Shown: one piece after another, positions 37,841 to 51,607 of the stretch
Numbering within the stretch: the first letter of the stretch is position 1
Layout: the number at the start of each line of letters is the position of its first letter
Assembly (NCBI GenBank): GCA_013265495.1
Contig: MU058584.1
Coordinates: forward strand, 2,608,508 to 2,672,507
Direction of reading: 5' to 3'
Length of the DNA stretch: 64,000 bases
Source of the DNA: Vicugna vicugna
Lineage: Eukaryota
The notes under the pieces: model-generated
The model's database searches: none
Seen by the model: only the letters and a program-made list of their open reading frames with translations
What the model was told of the DNA's origin: nothing
Translations under genes and position numbers: made by a program

Positions 37841-40705
37841 TTTCTTAGCTGTCATTTTTCAAGTCTAGACCTGGATGAGTTGTGAATAACCTCCTAGACA
37901 TTATGTCTGAAATTCTAGCCACTCCAGAAGGTAGGAAACAGCACTGTGTCAGAGGCCACGGAGGACCAGCGTTAGACCACGTGCAGGTACAGATAACCGA
38001 GAAGAGGTAGAGCACACAGGTAATTAGTCAAAACTGCCTCTCTGTAAAATAGGTAACTCTCTATGAAAGTAACTGTATTTATACTTATGTGAATTACTTC
38101 AACTCTAGAAGCAACGGTCAGTACAAAGAGTAACTTGAAGGAAATAAAGCCTCTGTATGGATCGCATTCCTTCCCAGGCTACCTCTTGCCTCCTCCAGAT
38201 TTCACTCTCCTGAGAAGATGCCTCTAGGGTCTGGGAAACACCCACACGAGAGAGGCTCCTTCCTACTCCGGGCACAAAAAGCCACAGGCAGTTGTGTGTC
38301 CAGATTACCCTCCTGAGACTCTCATTCCTCTCTGGTCCTCACAGAGCTCAGCTGTCCTCTCTCCCCAGTGGAAACCTTTGTCCCAAGGGCTTCCCCAGCT
38401 CCAGTCACCTGATTCCGGTCCCTTTCTGGCCTAGATGAGGGGACCCACTGTGTGTCGTCTACACATCCTTGTTTTCATCTGGACCTCCTCTGGAAAGGAT
38501 GCTCTTTGCATACAATGTTTTAGTTTAGATTTTGGTTAAGCTCTAATTTCCAGAGCAGGAAAAAAAAACTTATTTTATCTGAAAGGTCAATGGCTAAGAT
38601 TCTTTTCCTTATGAACTTTAAACCTGCAATTTGAACACAAAGGAAGATGAACCTGTAAGTTCCTCGAGGGCATGACCCCATGCAGTGTAACTGAACAGGG
38701 TCTGACGTAGGCAGACCTGGGTCCCCACCCAGCTCTGCCCCTCATTTTAAGCACAGCCCTATGCAAGTGAGGTCCTGCACTGAACCTGCACTGGTGACAA
38801 TAACACCGAGTGTGGCACAGGAGTAGTGCTGTTGTGTGCAAAGCAACTAACACGGTCCTGGCACTGGTTTTCAGAAGAGGCGGGGGCAGAAAGGGGAGGA
38901 GACGGAGGATGAGATTAAGATTTATTAGATGTTGTGAGAAGGATGTCTTTTCCCCTCTGCCTCACTCCCCTCAACAGGACAGATGACAAAACCCACAAGA
39001 TGAATGGAGAAGAGATTCAAGAAGAAAAATCCTCACAGCTAAGAGTGGCCACACTGGCATCTTCCCCTCCGAGGCTGCTCTTTTCCGGGGGGTTGGGATT
39101 TACTAAGCTGACCTCAGTCAGACCTCCGTATCGAAGGGCTCGTAGGATGTTTATAGAAGGGGGCTTTCAGAACAGCAAGGAAAAAATAAGCATGTAAGAA
39201 CGAAAAGCCTCAGGGAACTAAGACCCCACAAGGGAGAAAAGGTAGAAGAAAGGAAGCCATTGACTGTGCAGAGTCACGCTTGCGGGGCCCTCCATCCTGC
39301 TGCTCAGAGACTCCCACCCTCACCCCCTGTCCCCCGGAGCCCAGACTTCAGTGAGGCCAGTAATTCTCTCTGCTGGTGGACTCCCTGGGGTCAAAAGGAT
39401 GCTCCTCTGGTACTGGTGATGCCTTCAGTGATGTTTCTGAGGAAATGCAGCTGACACCCCACCCCAAGGACTGTGCAGAGCTCCTGTAAGGCAGGTGGCT
39501 ACAGGGGCTGAGTCTGGAACACATGAGTGAGAAGCCCAAAGTACAGAATTCATTTTTAAATGCAACTGTATCATCTTCAGAAACCACGTGTCTTCTACCA
39601 GTTTTGTCCATCACGTGGTATTCGCAAGTCTCCCATGGAGTCAATCTGATTTCCTTACAGTCATTCCTCACACAGCTTGGTGCAAACATTCACTGACACC
39701 CAGGATAAGGTAACTCATGAAGATGCAAAATCTAAAATAATGCTAGATTCCAGGATAATGGCTCACAGACGCTGACACCGCTCAGGAGAGCAAAGTAGCA
39801 TGGTGTCCACAAGCATGGGGGCCATCGAAACTCAGGTTGAAACGCTGGCCTTGCCGGTTAGTATGTGTGATTTTGAACAAATCCTCAAGACTCAGTTTTC
39901 TCACTGGAGAAAGGAACAGTGCTGTTGGAATTAAATGAGATAATATATGTAAAGGTTTAGCACTGTCTAGAGTGTGATAGGTGCTTAGTCAATCACCATC
40001 ATCCTCGCCGTCATCATTTCAAAACAACATTCTTAATCTGAGACACGTGTTTTCCATTAATAACAATTGCATATTGATGGGAGTCTGAGTTGAGCATTTA
40101 CAAGGCCAGCATTCATTTCTCTCTCTTTGCAGACATGACCCGAGCTAACACGGAGAGACGGTTTTGTAGAAAGTGAGTGTGCGAGTGCTTGTGAGAAGGA
40201 AGAGAGAGGCAGAGGGGGCTGGGGCTGCCTCCAGGAGGAAGATGGGATTGCTGAGTTTGCTCAGAGCCCCAGAAGTGCGTGGCTGAGGCCCCTCATGTCT
40301 TCCCACTGTCTCTGTACTAACCCTCGCCTCGGGGCCATGCACGGTTCCCAAGACCTGCTATTCCATCACGGAACAGCAGGGGGCGGGAGGGGAGAACCAC
40401 CACCCAGGACATCCCTTGGTGCCCAGTTTTGGAGGATGTGAAGGGCACCCCAGGCAGCCACTCATTCATGCGCCTATGTCCCTATGAGAGGAGAGAGGTG
40501 AAAACGCTTGTTTTCAGAATCAGCGGGCAGGGGCAGAAGTGGGAGGAGAGGGAGAGATTAGGATTTGTCTCTGGAGTGTTTCTGTCATTTTTGTGGTGCA
40601 TTTTCACCCTCGGATTCCTCCTTGTTGTTCTTCAATATCTTACCCTCTCTCCTGTGTCCTCAGGGATCCCTTTTTGCCTTCCAAGAAGCACCAGATGCTG
40701 GAGAC

Positions 40706-40919
40706 CAGATGTCTACAAACTTTTTTGTAAAAAGCCAGAGAGTAAAATATTCTACTCTGCATGCCTGGTGGCCTCCATTGCAACCACTCATCTTTACCGC
40801 TGTATCACAAAGCAGGCGCAGACAGCATGACCAGGCAGGGCTGGGTTCCAATAAAACTGTATTTCAAAAACCAGCACCAGGCCAGAGCTGGCCTGCGTAG
40901 CATAGTGTGCTGACCCCTG
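40706..40919. mobile_element. MER58A-like MITE
   Basis: caaacttttttgtaaaaagccagagagtaaaatatt...gctgacccctg. Confidence 0.7.
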
Positions 40920-42589
40920 CCCTAGACCCCTCCTGTCCTCCTGTTCTCCATCAAACCTTACACCCTCTGTGTTCCAGGCTCTCTGACTCTGGGGGGAGGA
41001 AGCACCTCTCATCTGATACCCTAAGTCGTCAATGATCAGCAGGGTCTGAGGTGTCCTCTCCCACAGTCAACAACGTATAGACATTGAACAGGAAATGCCT
41101 CCAACCAGACAGTCGCCAGCGTGGAATTTCAGGTGTCCTGGCAGATCTGAGCTCAGTGGCCCAGGCTCTGAAGATAGAGAGCCTCTGGTGGTACCTCTCA
41201 AAGTGCAGACAGATGTCACAACCCAGCTGCCAAGAGGGAAGCAGGCCATCACCAACCATCACCCAGCTTCTGTCTGCAGTGTTGTAAATATTATGGGCAT
41301 GACGGTGCCCTCCGCCTCTCTCGGGGAATTTCCAGGCTGCTCCCTGAAGCTCCCACCTCCTCTTTCAGCAGGGGCAGGGGGCTGCCTGACTCTGGTGCCG
41401 AGTTCTCCGTGAAAGTATGCAGGGCCTAAAATATGCACACACTGATTTGTCCAAGAGAGAAGAAAGTGCGAACCGAGCCAGGAGACTTCTCATAGAGCCA
41501 GCACGAGTACTGGAGAGAGGGAGAGGAGGGAACATCTTCCAACAGCAGAGACGCGGGAGCGGAGGGAGGGAGGGGCGGCCCCTCTCCATGGCCAGAGGCT
41601 CCCACACCCAGATGCAGGCCAGAGCCATTCCTCATAATTTAAGCTGACACCCCTCAGCGGAGATGAAAGGAACACCACTTGCTGTCTCCAACAACAAATG
41701 TCAGCTTCCCTGGAGGCCGTTTAGACACAAACGCAGCATAAATCTGACTCCTAGAGGGGAAGTCCAGAGATGAAGTCTCCATGCACAGCCTACCAGGGTG
41801 AGATGAATTTGCTTGGCACAAAGTTGGAGCATGTTTCTCAGGGCCTTTCTTTCCCCTTTCTTGTTAAAAAAAAAAATCTGGAATGGCTCAGGGCTGTTGC
41901 TCCCCGCTTGCCTGGTCCTCCCACTCGTTTATGACATAAGCAATGGTAGATGAAAGGCCCAGCCATGGTTTATGGCCCCGAGACAGGCTGTACTACCTGT
42001 GGGGCCTCGCAGATTCATTTCAGGTTGTTGGAAAAATCCCAACGGCCCATAAACAGGGCAAGAGGTATCTGAGCTTGGCCCGGGAGGCGAGGGGGAGGGA
42101 GAAGGACCAGAGACCCTCATGCGAGGGAAGGGAGAGGCAGGAACAGGCCTTAGATGCTTCCTCGGTGATGGGCCTCATAAATGTCGTTCAGGCCGGGGGA
42201 GTGGAGGAAGGGTCTGGGACAGGTGGTGGGCGGAGCGGGGAAGAAAAGAAGTATGGGAGGAATTTATGAAGACACAATATACGGGAAGCAATTTCAGCCA
42301 CTGTCCTGCGCTACGGGATCAGAATTCCCTTCTTCCAGAGCAGCACTTGGTCAACTCCGGATGCGAAGCAGCATTTCCCATTGAAGAGGCAGCAGGTGAA
42401 GTTGTCTAGAATGGGGAAGACCCTGCAGGCACTGTTTGCAAACTGCTTTACACACAGTCCCTCGAGGAGGTCTCAGCTCACGCCTAAACCAGGTCCCCTT
42501 AAAAGGTTTGAATTGGAACATGTTCATTTAAACATCCGCTCAGTAAGCATTAACTGGGGGCTCCTGTGTCAGGCACTGCACAAGGACAT

Positions 42590-42801
42590 TTCTGTATACA
42601 AACTATTATATACAAAGTAGATAAACAACAAGGTCCTACTGTACAGCACAGGGAACTATATTCAATCTCTCATAATAACCTATAATGAAAAAGAATCTGA
42701 AAAAGAATATGTGTGTATATATATGTGTAACTGAATCACGTGTTGTACACCTGAAACTAACACAACATTGTAAATCAACTAGACTTCAATTTAAAAAAAA
42801 A
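42590..42801 (+). mobile_element. L1 3'-end fragment
   Basis: aacaaggtcctactgtacagcacagggaactatattcaat...acaacattgtaaatcaacta followed by a poly-A tail. Confidence 0.8.
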
Positions 42802-43481
42802 TCTATAGGCACACGGGAAAGAGGGGTGTCGATGAGCCAGAGGGGCTGGTGAAGGCAGAAGCCTAGATACCAGGGAGGAGGGAGGAATGGATCTGGAAAG
42901 GCAGAGGGGCGAGGACGGGGTTCTGAGCAAGGCGTAGCCTCGGCGCAGAGAAAAGGGGCGAGCAGGTCAGGAGGGGACCTCAGGGCCTTGGTGGAACGTG
43001 CACATCTGGGGGTCCAAGAAACGCAGGGTGGAGAGGCCACATGGGGCTCACTCCAGGGGTCATGGTGTTCCAGAGCCCCCCCACAGCGTGGGGTTACCCA
43101 CAGCCACACCGCACTCCTGAGTCATGCCCTAGGTAAAGGGTCCCAAGTAAGACACCTTTGTTCAGCGATGTCACTGCGGATGGAGGCTCCTGTGGCGGGC
43201 GGAGGGAGGGGCGGGCACGTCAGAGCCAGGGCATCCGGCTCAGTGGTCCAGGCGGCCCCAAGGGGCGCTGGGTCTCCACCCGGCCTGGGCGCCTCTCCTT
43301 CTGCCTCCCTCAGCTGGCTGGGGCTCCGGAAGGGAAGCCTTGTGCTTGGGAGATTTGCAGGCCAACGAGACAGCACTGGTACCGACTGGTGGGATTACTG
43401 TGGATTTGCATCAGTTTGGGGGGCTCTTCACATTCAAACAGGCTTTATGCCGACATCTCTCCCGCCTCACTCCCTCTCCCT

Positions 43482-43484
<3 letters not shown>

Positions 43485-43515
<31 letters not shown>
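43485..43515. repeat. (CA)n microsatellite
   Basis: Perfect CA run of ~15 units. Confidence 0.95.
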
Positions 43516-43518
<3 letters not shown>

Positions 43519-46500
43519 AATCCTTTCCTTGGTTTCTCCATCTCTTACTTCTCTCTTTTTTAATGAAAAAATGTCCACCTGCAACCCAAACTGACAAGCA
43601 GAGGTGTAAATTCTCAATGCGCTTATGCATCCCCGGATGTGCACATTCCACCGAGGCCCTGAGGTTCCCTCCTGATCTGCTCACACTTTCTCTCCCCTTT
43701 TCTCTGCGCCGATTGTCATGTACTGGAAATACTGACCATTGGGGTATCAGAAGATGCCTCGACACCAACATCACTGTGTTCCAATCAAGCATGGATTCAA
43801 ACACTACGTAAAAAGCATAACTTGTTCGTTTTGGTTTGGCCAGCCTCAGAGAAGGAGACCGGAAGCTCCTAACACGCTGAATGAGATGTTCAGGGCTCTG
43901 CATTCAGTCTCGATAAAAGCTCATTAATCCGCCAGCTTGATGGTTCACTGGGGCATGGGGTGCGACAGCATGACACTGTATTAAGTTTATATTAATAAAG
44001 TTTGAGTGTGTTTGCTCCAATTTAGGAACTGACTTAAGTGGATCAAATATCATCTCTCTTTGGAGCAGCCTAATTTTGCTGCATTCATTATCCTCCTAGT
44101 CTTCAGGAGGATAAAATTATCTGGGAAAAGGAAATTGTTTCTAGGCAGGGATTGAAGACAAAGGGTTAATTATGTCTCCAAATTGAAAAAGACCCAGACC
44201 AACAACCCTCTGGGTGACTGGGGAGCTGGGGTGAACTGGCTCACACTCTAATGTTCTCATCGCAGAAGTGAGTCCTTCCTGGACAAATTCACCGTGGACT
44301 TAATCACAGAGAAGCTGCTTGGCGGGCCATCACTGATCTGAATGCCTCACTGGAGACGTCCTGGTTCTGTCAGGCCCTCTGCTGGTTTGGAGAGGCAATG
44401 TGAGGCCAACACCAGTCACGTCTGTGCCTTCAGACTTTAGCCCAGTCCACAAACCACTGATAGGCTCAAAAGAAAAAGGAAAAGTGAGGTCAGACACTTA
44501 GCCTCTGTTCTTACGTCCATCACTCACTTGCTGTGTGACCTAAGGCAAATGATCTAACCTTTCTGAGCCCCACCTTTCTAATTTGTAAAATTGTGGGAAT
44601 AAAGACCTGCCAAGCTATCCTGATTGGACTATTATGAACTCAACCGTAGGAGTAGTTAGGTAAAAACCCATTGAAAAAAAAAGCTGTAAAATAGTATAAA
44701 AATTCAAGATATTTTCAATATTTTTATTTTTATCATGCCTCTGGAATGTTCATGAACTTACTATATGTCCCCACTGGCTATGAAACTCACAATCCTCATA
44801 TGGAATTCCTGTCAGTCCACAACCAGATCTTGAGTGTGCGTGCTGGGTGCAGGCACTTCTCTAGACACAGGATGAGAAGGAACAGACAAGGTCCAGAAAG
44901 CCTCTGCTTTCCTACTTCTAGTGGGAGAAGACAGACGAGAAATTGAGAAAAACATAATTTAGTCTTTAACAGTGTTAAATGCTAAGAATAAAACAAAACA
45001 GAGCAACGAGACAAAGAATGATTGGGGGCAGTGGGAAGAGCATCTTCCGGTTCCATAATGCCGTACCACCAAAAGGATCCAAATCTATCCCCACCTGAAG
45101 ACCTCCCTCAGCCCCTTTCCATGTCAGTTTCTTCCCTTTCCAAACACCCAGAGCGCATGTTTGTCTGCCTCAAACATTTTAGTTACGCCAGTATATTCAA
45201 ATGAGAAGATTATTTTGTAGGTCTGTTGCCTTACATTGTCCTTCATTTTAGCCAAAAACAATATTACAAGGTCTAAGATTTTTTGAAAAAAAATTGCACT
45301 GGACTAATATGAAAAGCCTGTTATGACGCTTCCAGAGGCAGTATAGCAGAGTGGTTAAAAGCAGTGCTTTGGGCTCAAATATTTTGCTCCATCATTTATT
45401 AGCCATTCGTCTTGGCCAATTTGCCTCTCCATTAAGTCTTGGTTTCCCATCTGCCATGGGGTTAACAGCACCTACCCAGTAGGATAATTATAATAAGTAT
45501 GTATAGAAAATTTATGTACAGTATTTATGGTACTAAGCTCCTAATAAGAACTTAAGATAAATGCTGGCTAATTATTGTCACTATAATTTTGTCTACCTTC
45601 TATATAACTAGAATAGCTTCCAGAAAACAGAGACCAAATTGAAATCATCTTTGTATCCTCCACAACACCATGCTGAACACTCAGATTAATAGTTTTAAGC
45701 AGCTCATGTCCAATTCATATAGAATGAAGTGGTGCCTTGCACTAACAGGCACATTGCAGAGTCCTGTCTTTCCATTTCTCACGGATTTATTTGCCGATGC
45801 CAACCAACTTCCGGTGGCCATAGGAATCAGTATAGAATTATTAGCTACTGCCATACTTGGAGTTCAGCTTGGGAAGAAATTTACTTCCCCTAAACTACAA
45901 TCTGAATTTCTCTTCCAAGTTGATTACATTCCACTGATGGTCCACTGTTTCATCAGTACCCATCCAGTCACATTCCTAGGAGGAGAACAGAAAATCTTAA
46001 GCCATGAAAAAGAAAGCCCCAAAATACAAGAATTAAGGATAGAAAGGGGAAGGAGGGAGACGAAAGAAAAGAAAAGGGGAGTGGGACAGAGTGGGAGGAC
46101 AACACCATGGGGCAGGACCATGGTGCTGTGTGTCCTCCAGCTGCTCCTTAGGTGACTGGAAGACACAGTCCCCCAGGACGGCTGTGGGAAGGAGGGGGCC
46201 CTTGTCCAGGAAACCCCAGCCCCGTCAGGCTGGGCTGCTCTTCCTACATGAGAAATCATCAACATGGTTCTTCTTCATGGGTGAGGACACACGATTGAGC
46301 GAAGAAAACAAATATTTATGGCAGGAAGAGATTTCCCTAAATTAACTATAAACTGAGTACAACCATGTGCAGTGAACTCCATTACAGCCGTTTGGAGAGT
46401 ATTTACGGTCATTAGTCGTAAATAAGATTGGGTGTCCCCAGATGACTGTGACGTTGATGAAATCACCGCTAATAGCATCATCACAAACCCTTCGTGTAAC

Positions 46501-46643
46501 TAGTCAGCCTTGAATTTCTAACATTAGAAACGCTTCCTCACAATCCTTGTAGAGTATAGAGTTTATTGTTGAAATAAGCATGAAAGGAACAATACTGTTT
46601 TTCGGAAGCCAAGACCATTGTAATTCTCGTCTCGACTCTGGAG

Positions 46644-46831
46644 CAGCGGTTCTCAAATCTGAGCATGCCTCCCAGTCACCTCGGGGACTGGTTAGGCACA
46701 GACCGCTGGGCGCCTCGCCCAGAGGCCCTGATTCAGCAGGTCTGGGATGGAGTCTGTGACTTTTCATTTCTAACAAGGTCCCAGGTGATGCTGATGCAGT
46801 TGGTCCAGGAGCCACACTCAGAGAACCACTG
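46644..46831. mobile_element. MER5A-like hAT MITE, full length
   Basis: TIRs CAGCGGTTCTC / GAGAACCACTG, 188 bp, 8-bp near-TSD ctctggag/ctctagaa. Confidence 0.85.
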
Positions 46832-48039
46832 CTCTAGAACATTCCTCCCTCTCTGTTTCCCCACCCCCACCCCTGCATGTGTGCACAGGGAAGTCTGGCA
46901 TCATAACACATCTTACTCTCAGTCAATGGAGACCTTCACACCTTTTCAGCTACGTCACATCTTTAGAGTAATTCCGGCCAGTTTTGGTAATTAGGGGAGA
47001 ATAAAATTATGATGAAAAATGTATTCCCCTTTAAAAATAATAGTGTGATACATCTATCAAAATTCATCAAATTGGACATCTGAAATATGTGTAGTTTACT
47101 ATACAGGAATTATACCACAACAAAGGTGTTTAAAAAAAAAGAGTATGTCCAAACCAAAAAAATAAAAATAAAAAATAAACCTATCCCATGACCCACACAT
47201 GCACAAAAAAATAACAGCGTGTGTGGAGGAAAGATGGCACCGAGGAGATGGTGACCTAAGATTGATGTCAGCAGGGAGAGCCCTTAGTATGAGTCACCCT
47301 GAAGTGCTCCACCAAGCACGGAATCGGACCTGCCTCTTCTTCGTCAAGTGCGATGGCTACTCAAAGCCAAAGCCATGGACCAAAGCCATGGATACCTAAG
47401 CTGGTAAGAGAGCCGCAGGCCTCTGAAAGGGCGCAGGGGCATGATTCAGCTCTCCCTCACCCTCCTGTTGAGTTGCTCTCTTCCCCTCTACTGAGTTATC
47501 ACCTCTTCCAGGATTGAGGCAAGGGGCTGAGTGGCCCTGCTGCTAGCCACACCCAAATGATTCAAAGCTCCTCACTGCTCACAAAACACCAATGTCATCA
47601 CAGCGCAATGTCCTAGACCAAGTCTTTAAATAAGTCCTCCCTTGCGGTCAGCTCTTTCATCTCCACTGATGCCAGTGAGAGCTGGAGCAAGAGATTATCA
47701 GGAAGCTTGACATCCCGGAAACACCATGCCATTAGAGGTACAGCTGAGCTTCGGGAAAACGTAGGTGGCTAATGGGTTATAAAAGCAGATGCAGCTTAAC
47801 CTTGCTTGCGGGTTCTTAGTGCATATGGCTCCCCTTTGTATCATACATCCTGTTATCTACAACAGATGTGCACCTGAGAAGTTGCACACGGATCAAACTC
47901 TTTACGTAAAGCTGAACTTTATTCTCCCAATGAAGAAGAGTTCTTAATTTCCTAGATGCTTGATTTTCTGGGGTAAATAAGTATTTTTCAATATACAGAA
48001 GGGTCCTAATACTTCCATCATTTATATATTCATCTAATT

Positions 48040-48360
48040 TATTTTAATTTTTAAAAATGTAAATTGAAATATAATTGAGGTACAACATTGTGTAAGCTTA
48101 AGGTGTACAACAATATGACGACCACTGCAGCATTAGCTAACACCTCTATCATGTTGCATAATTATCATGTCTTTTTTTGTAGTGGAAACAATTAAGATGT
48201 AGTTGGTTGGTTCTATGATACAGTATTGTGGGCTCTAGTCACTATGCTGTGCATTCGATCTCCAGGACTCATTTATCTACTAGTTCCCAGTTTGTACCCT
48301 TAAACAGTATCTCCCCAAATCTCCCACCACCCAGCCCCTGGCAACCACCATTCTACTCTC
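48040..48360 (-). mobile_element. L1 3'-end fragment (L1MA-like)
   Basis: aattgaaatataattga...cagcccctggcaaccaccattctactctc signature. Confidence 0.75.
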
Positions 48361-49929
48361 AATGCTTTAAATATTTATTTTGCAAAGTGCTTAGCATATA
48401 TCCATAAACGAGACAGAGTCCTGACTCAAAGAATGAACAGTCTAGTGGAGGAGACAGTAGATTAGCAGGCATTTACGAAGCAGTGGGAGAAGTGTTCTGA
48501 GGGGGAGAGTTCCCCGTCAGAGTGTGATGCTGGGCAGGATGCAGTGGAGGGGCATCGAACGTGGTCACTGGGGATGAGGGTGGGATGGCTCAAGAAGACT
48601 TGTGGAAAGAATAGGCTTAACAAAAATAAATTTAAAATAAAGGAGGAGGAGGCAAGAATACTCTAGACACAAGAGAGTGAACGGAAGCACGGACAAGGAA
48701 GGCGGAATATGTGGAGCCGACCAAGACAGGCCTTGTGTTTCCCTTTTCTAAAATGTGGCAACAACACCGTGAAATGATTAAGAGTAAGGACTTTGAAGTC
48801 AAGGAGACCTGGGTTCAATGCTGGCCCTTTTGAGAGCAAATTACTTAATTTCTCCTTATCTCAGTTTCCTGCACCAGACCCAGAGTTTAAGAACATTTAA
48901 GAAATTAAAAACAATATTCTTAGTTATAATTACAGAATCAAAAATATATGCTCCATCTGAGAGGATCTTATTAAAATAAGAAATGGCAAACATTATTTAA
49001 AAAAAAAAAAAAAGGAAGGAAAAGGGGAAAAAAACTTTGGTCCCAAACCAGGGAGACAGTCAAACAAGCAGATAAATGCAATACCATTTAAAGGCACTCT
49101 TTGGTTCACTACTTCGGCAAACATTTAGTGACCCCCATAAAGTTTTGGTCTGGGTTATTCTAGGTTTGGGGACTATGGTGGGGAATAAAACAGACAAGAC
49201 TCCTGACTCTTGTGGAACTTGGCCTATCCCGGGGGAAACCATCTCAAATAAGAACAAACGAGATCATTCTAGAATTTAAATAGAATTTAAGTGGTGAAAA
49301 GTAATGGGCAGAGATTTCAAACAGGGTGACTGGGATGGCCAAATCCATGGTTAAGGATGATTTTTAGATAGAGTGGTCAGGGAAGCCCCTGCTTAAAAAG
49401 TGTCATTTGAAGGTGACAAGAAAGAGCAAGCCAAGTGAGAGCTGAGGGCAGGATGTCCCCGGCAGAGGAGCAGAATGATCTGGGGGCTCAGCTACTGGGG
49501 CTAGATCACAGTCCCCGAAGAGGAGAAGGGTGGACGGTGAGGGGAGGAGGCCAGTGCCAGGCCATGTTAGGGCACACAGGCCATGACAGGGGCTTTGGAT
49601 TTGTTCTCAGAACTATGGGAAGCCATCGCTAGTCAGTGGCAGAGACTGGAGTACAATACTGGTCCCCATTCCCTTACCTCCCTAGCTCTGGGCTCTCTTC
49701 TACTCTTTGCTCCCTGTCTAATCCACTCTAAGAAGCCAAGAGATGCCCCCTCCTTTCCTCAACGCAAAAGAAGGCTTCCGCTTTTGTGAGCAAATATTGA
49801 TTTTTAAATTTTCTTTCCACCATTTTCAGATGCCTCTAGTTCTCTTTGTCATCTGTGTTATGGTTTCATAAGTGCCATTCTCTGGCACTCAGATTCCTTC
49901 CTTGCCTCTTCTTTATTATCTCCTCTGCA

Positions 49930-50860
49930 TCACTTGGGAGCTGACCCTTGCAGGCTGCTACATCTGCCTAGATCCAGCCAATGGGAGGCATTTACAGGGA
50001 AGTTAGAGGAAAGGGAGAAACCAAGGTATTTCCTCGACCTCCCCCTGCCTTGGGTGGTGTCTCTGGCAGCTGGTGCATCTCCTCCATGGCTCCAAGTCAC
50101 ACCTGAAAATCCCACTGCAGTTCTGGCTTCCACCAGATGTCCCCAGAAGTCACATCACCTGTCACTCTGTAGCTTCCCTCTGTTGCAAATTTGTAGGTTG
50201 TCTTGTCATCTCGATCTGTTTGCATCCCAACAATCTCTCCGTAGGAAACTCTGTTTTAGAAGTCCAATGCACTATCCATTGCACAACAGAGGAAACTCTG
50301 TTTTAGATGCTGGCAGTTGGTTCTGCCCTCCTGGCTGGCCCCTGGCTGATACAGATCTCAACATTGACAAGGGGCTTCAATGGCAACTGTCTCTTCATCT
50401 GCCAGGGGAGCATCTCCAGACAGTCCATCTTACTAGCCACACTGAAACTCAAGTCACCCTCTCACTTCCTTTGCTATCTTCCTTGCAACTAGCTTTGAAG
50501 GCTTCTGCCAGAGTAGCAGCTAGGGAATGAGATGTGGCAATTCCCCCAGGATTTAGACTTCAGGTACCAAATTCACTGGAAATCAGTAGTAAAGGTCTAG
50601 GAGCAGTCAGCACCATGGCCAGATCCAAAAGGACACAGATGAACACTGGAGGCCAGAAAAGACTTTAATGTAACTTTAGTCCAGGGACGAGAGAGAGAAA
50701 TTGGACATCTTATCATTTTTTCTCTTGTAAAGCCTCTCTTCAGTCTGTCTCCAATATCTGTACTGCTGGGCCATATACAAACCAAACAATTAAAAGGACA
50801 GGTTTTGCCACATGCCACAACACGTCTAGGAAGAGTTACAAGTGAAATGATCTCTCCACC
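49930..50860 (-). mobile_element. Degraded LTR-retroelement fragment (LTR end plus adjacent internal sequence)
   Basis: PBS-like TTTGGTACC on the minus strand at ~50562-50570. Family not determined. Confidence 0.35.
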
Positions 50861-51419
50861 CTGTCCTGGAAATCACCTACCATATTTCATCAAATAGAAG
50901 ATGCTTTTTATTATAAAGTATGTCATTATTTTATGGACCACCAAGAAAGAAAACAATGTGACTAGTTAAACTTTGATACAATGCTTTTTCATCACATCAA
51001 CGGTGAGTCACACCCCAATTTTGGATAGGTTAAAATGCAACCAACTAAAGTGTCTTAGGATATGAAACACAGCATTGGCTCTGCTTTAGGCACCTCAGTC
51101 TTCTTTCTTAACCAGATAAACTGGTTAAAGGACTGGTCATTCTAGAAAACCAGCAGGCTCAGGGCCTTGCGGAGGGCATCCATTAGTAGAAGTTACAGGC
51201 AGCCCTCCACGTCAATGGGCAGGAGAGAGCCTAATACTAAGTGTGCCCCCTCCAAAAACTACAATGTGGCCTTGGACGAGGTACTTAACCTCAATATCCT
51301 TAGCTATGAAGTGAGGGCGGTGTGACAGATGATGGCTTAGAATCCTTTCAACTCATATTTTTAAATGAAAGGAGAACATACTACTAAATCTGTTGTCAGG
51401 CTATGGTCACCAAATTGAC

Positions 51420-51607
51420 CAATGGTTCTTCACCAGCGATGTTCTGTCCCCCAGAGTCATCTGCAAACGTCTAAGGGCTCTTTTCCTGGTTGTTACAATG
51501 ACTAGTGGCCAAAGTGGCATTTAGTGGATAGAGGCCACAGGTGCAAAACAGCAAATTGTCTCACCCAAAATGCCATCAGTGAAACATGTTGACTGAGAGA
51601 GCCACGG
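51420..51607. mobile_element. MER20-like MITE
   Basis: ggttgttacaatgact...ggcatttagtggatagaggcca...tgagagagccac. Confidence 0.55.

Noticed and set aside
43158..43811. Longest ORFs on the track (217 aa here; also 25421-26062, 49934-50530, 42988-43563)
   Set aside because: No recognisable domains; they run through microsatellites or repeats and several begin at non-ATG codons. Expected by chance in GC-rich mammalian DNA.
50244..50307. Repeat-spacer-repeat pattern resembling a CRISPR unit
   Set aside because: Only two 17-bp copies, eukaryotic context, no cas genes.
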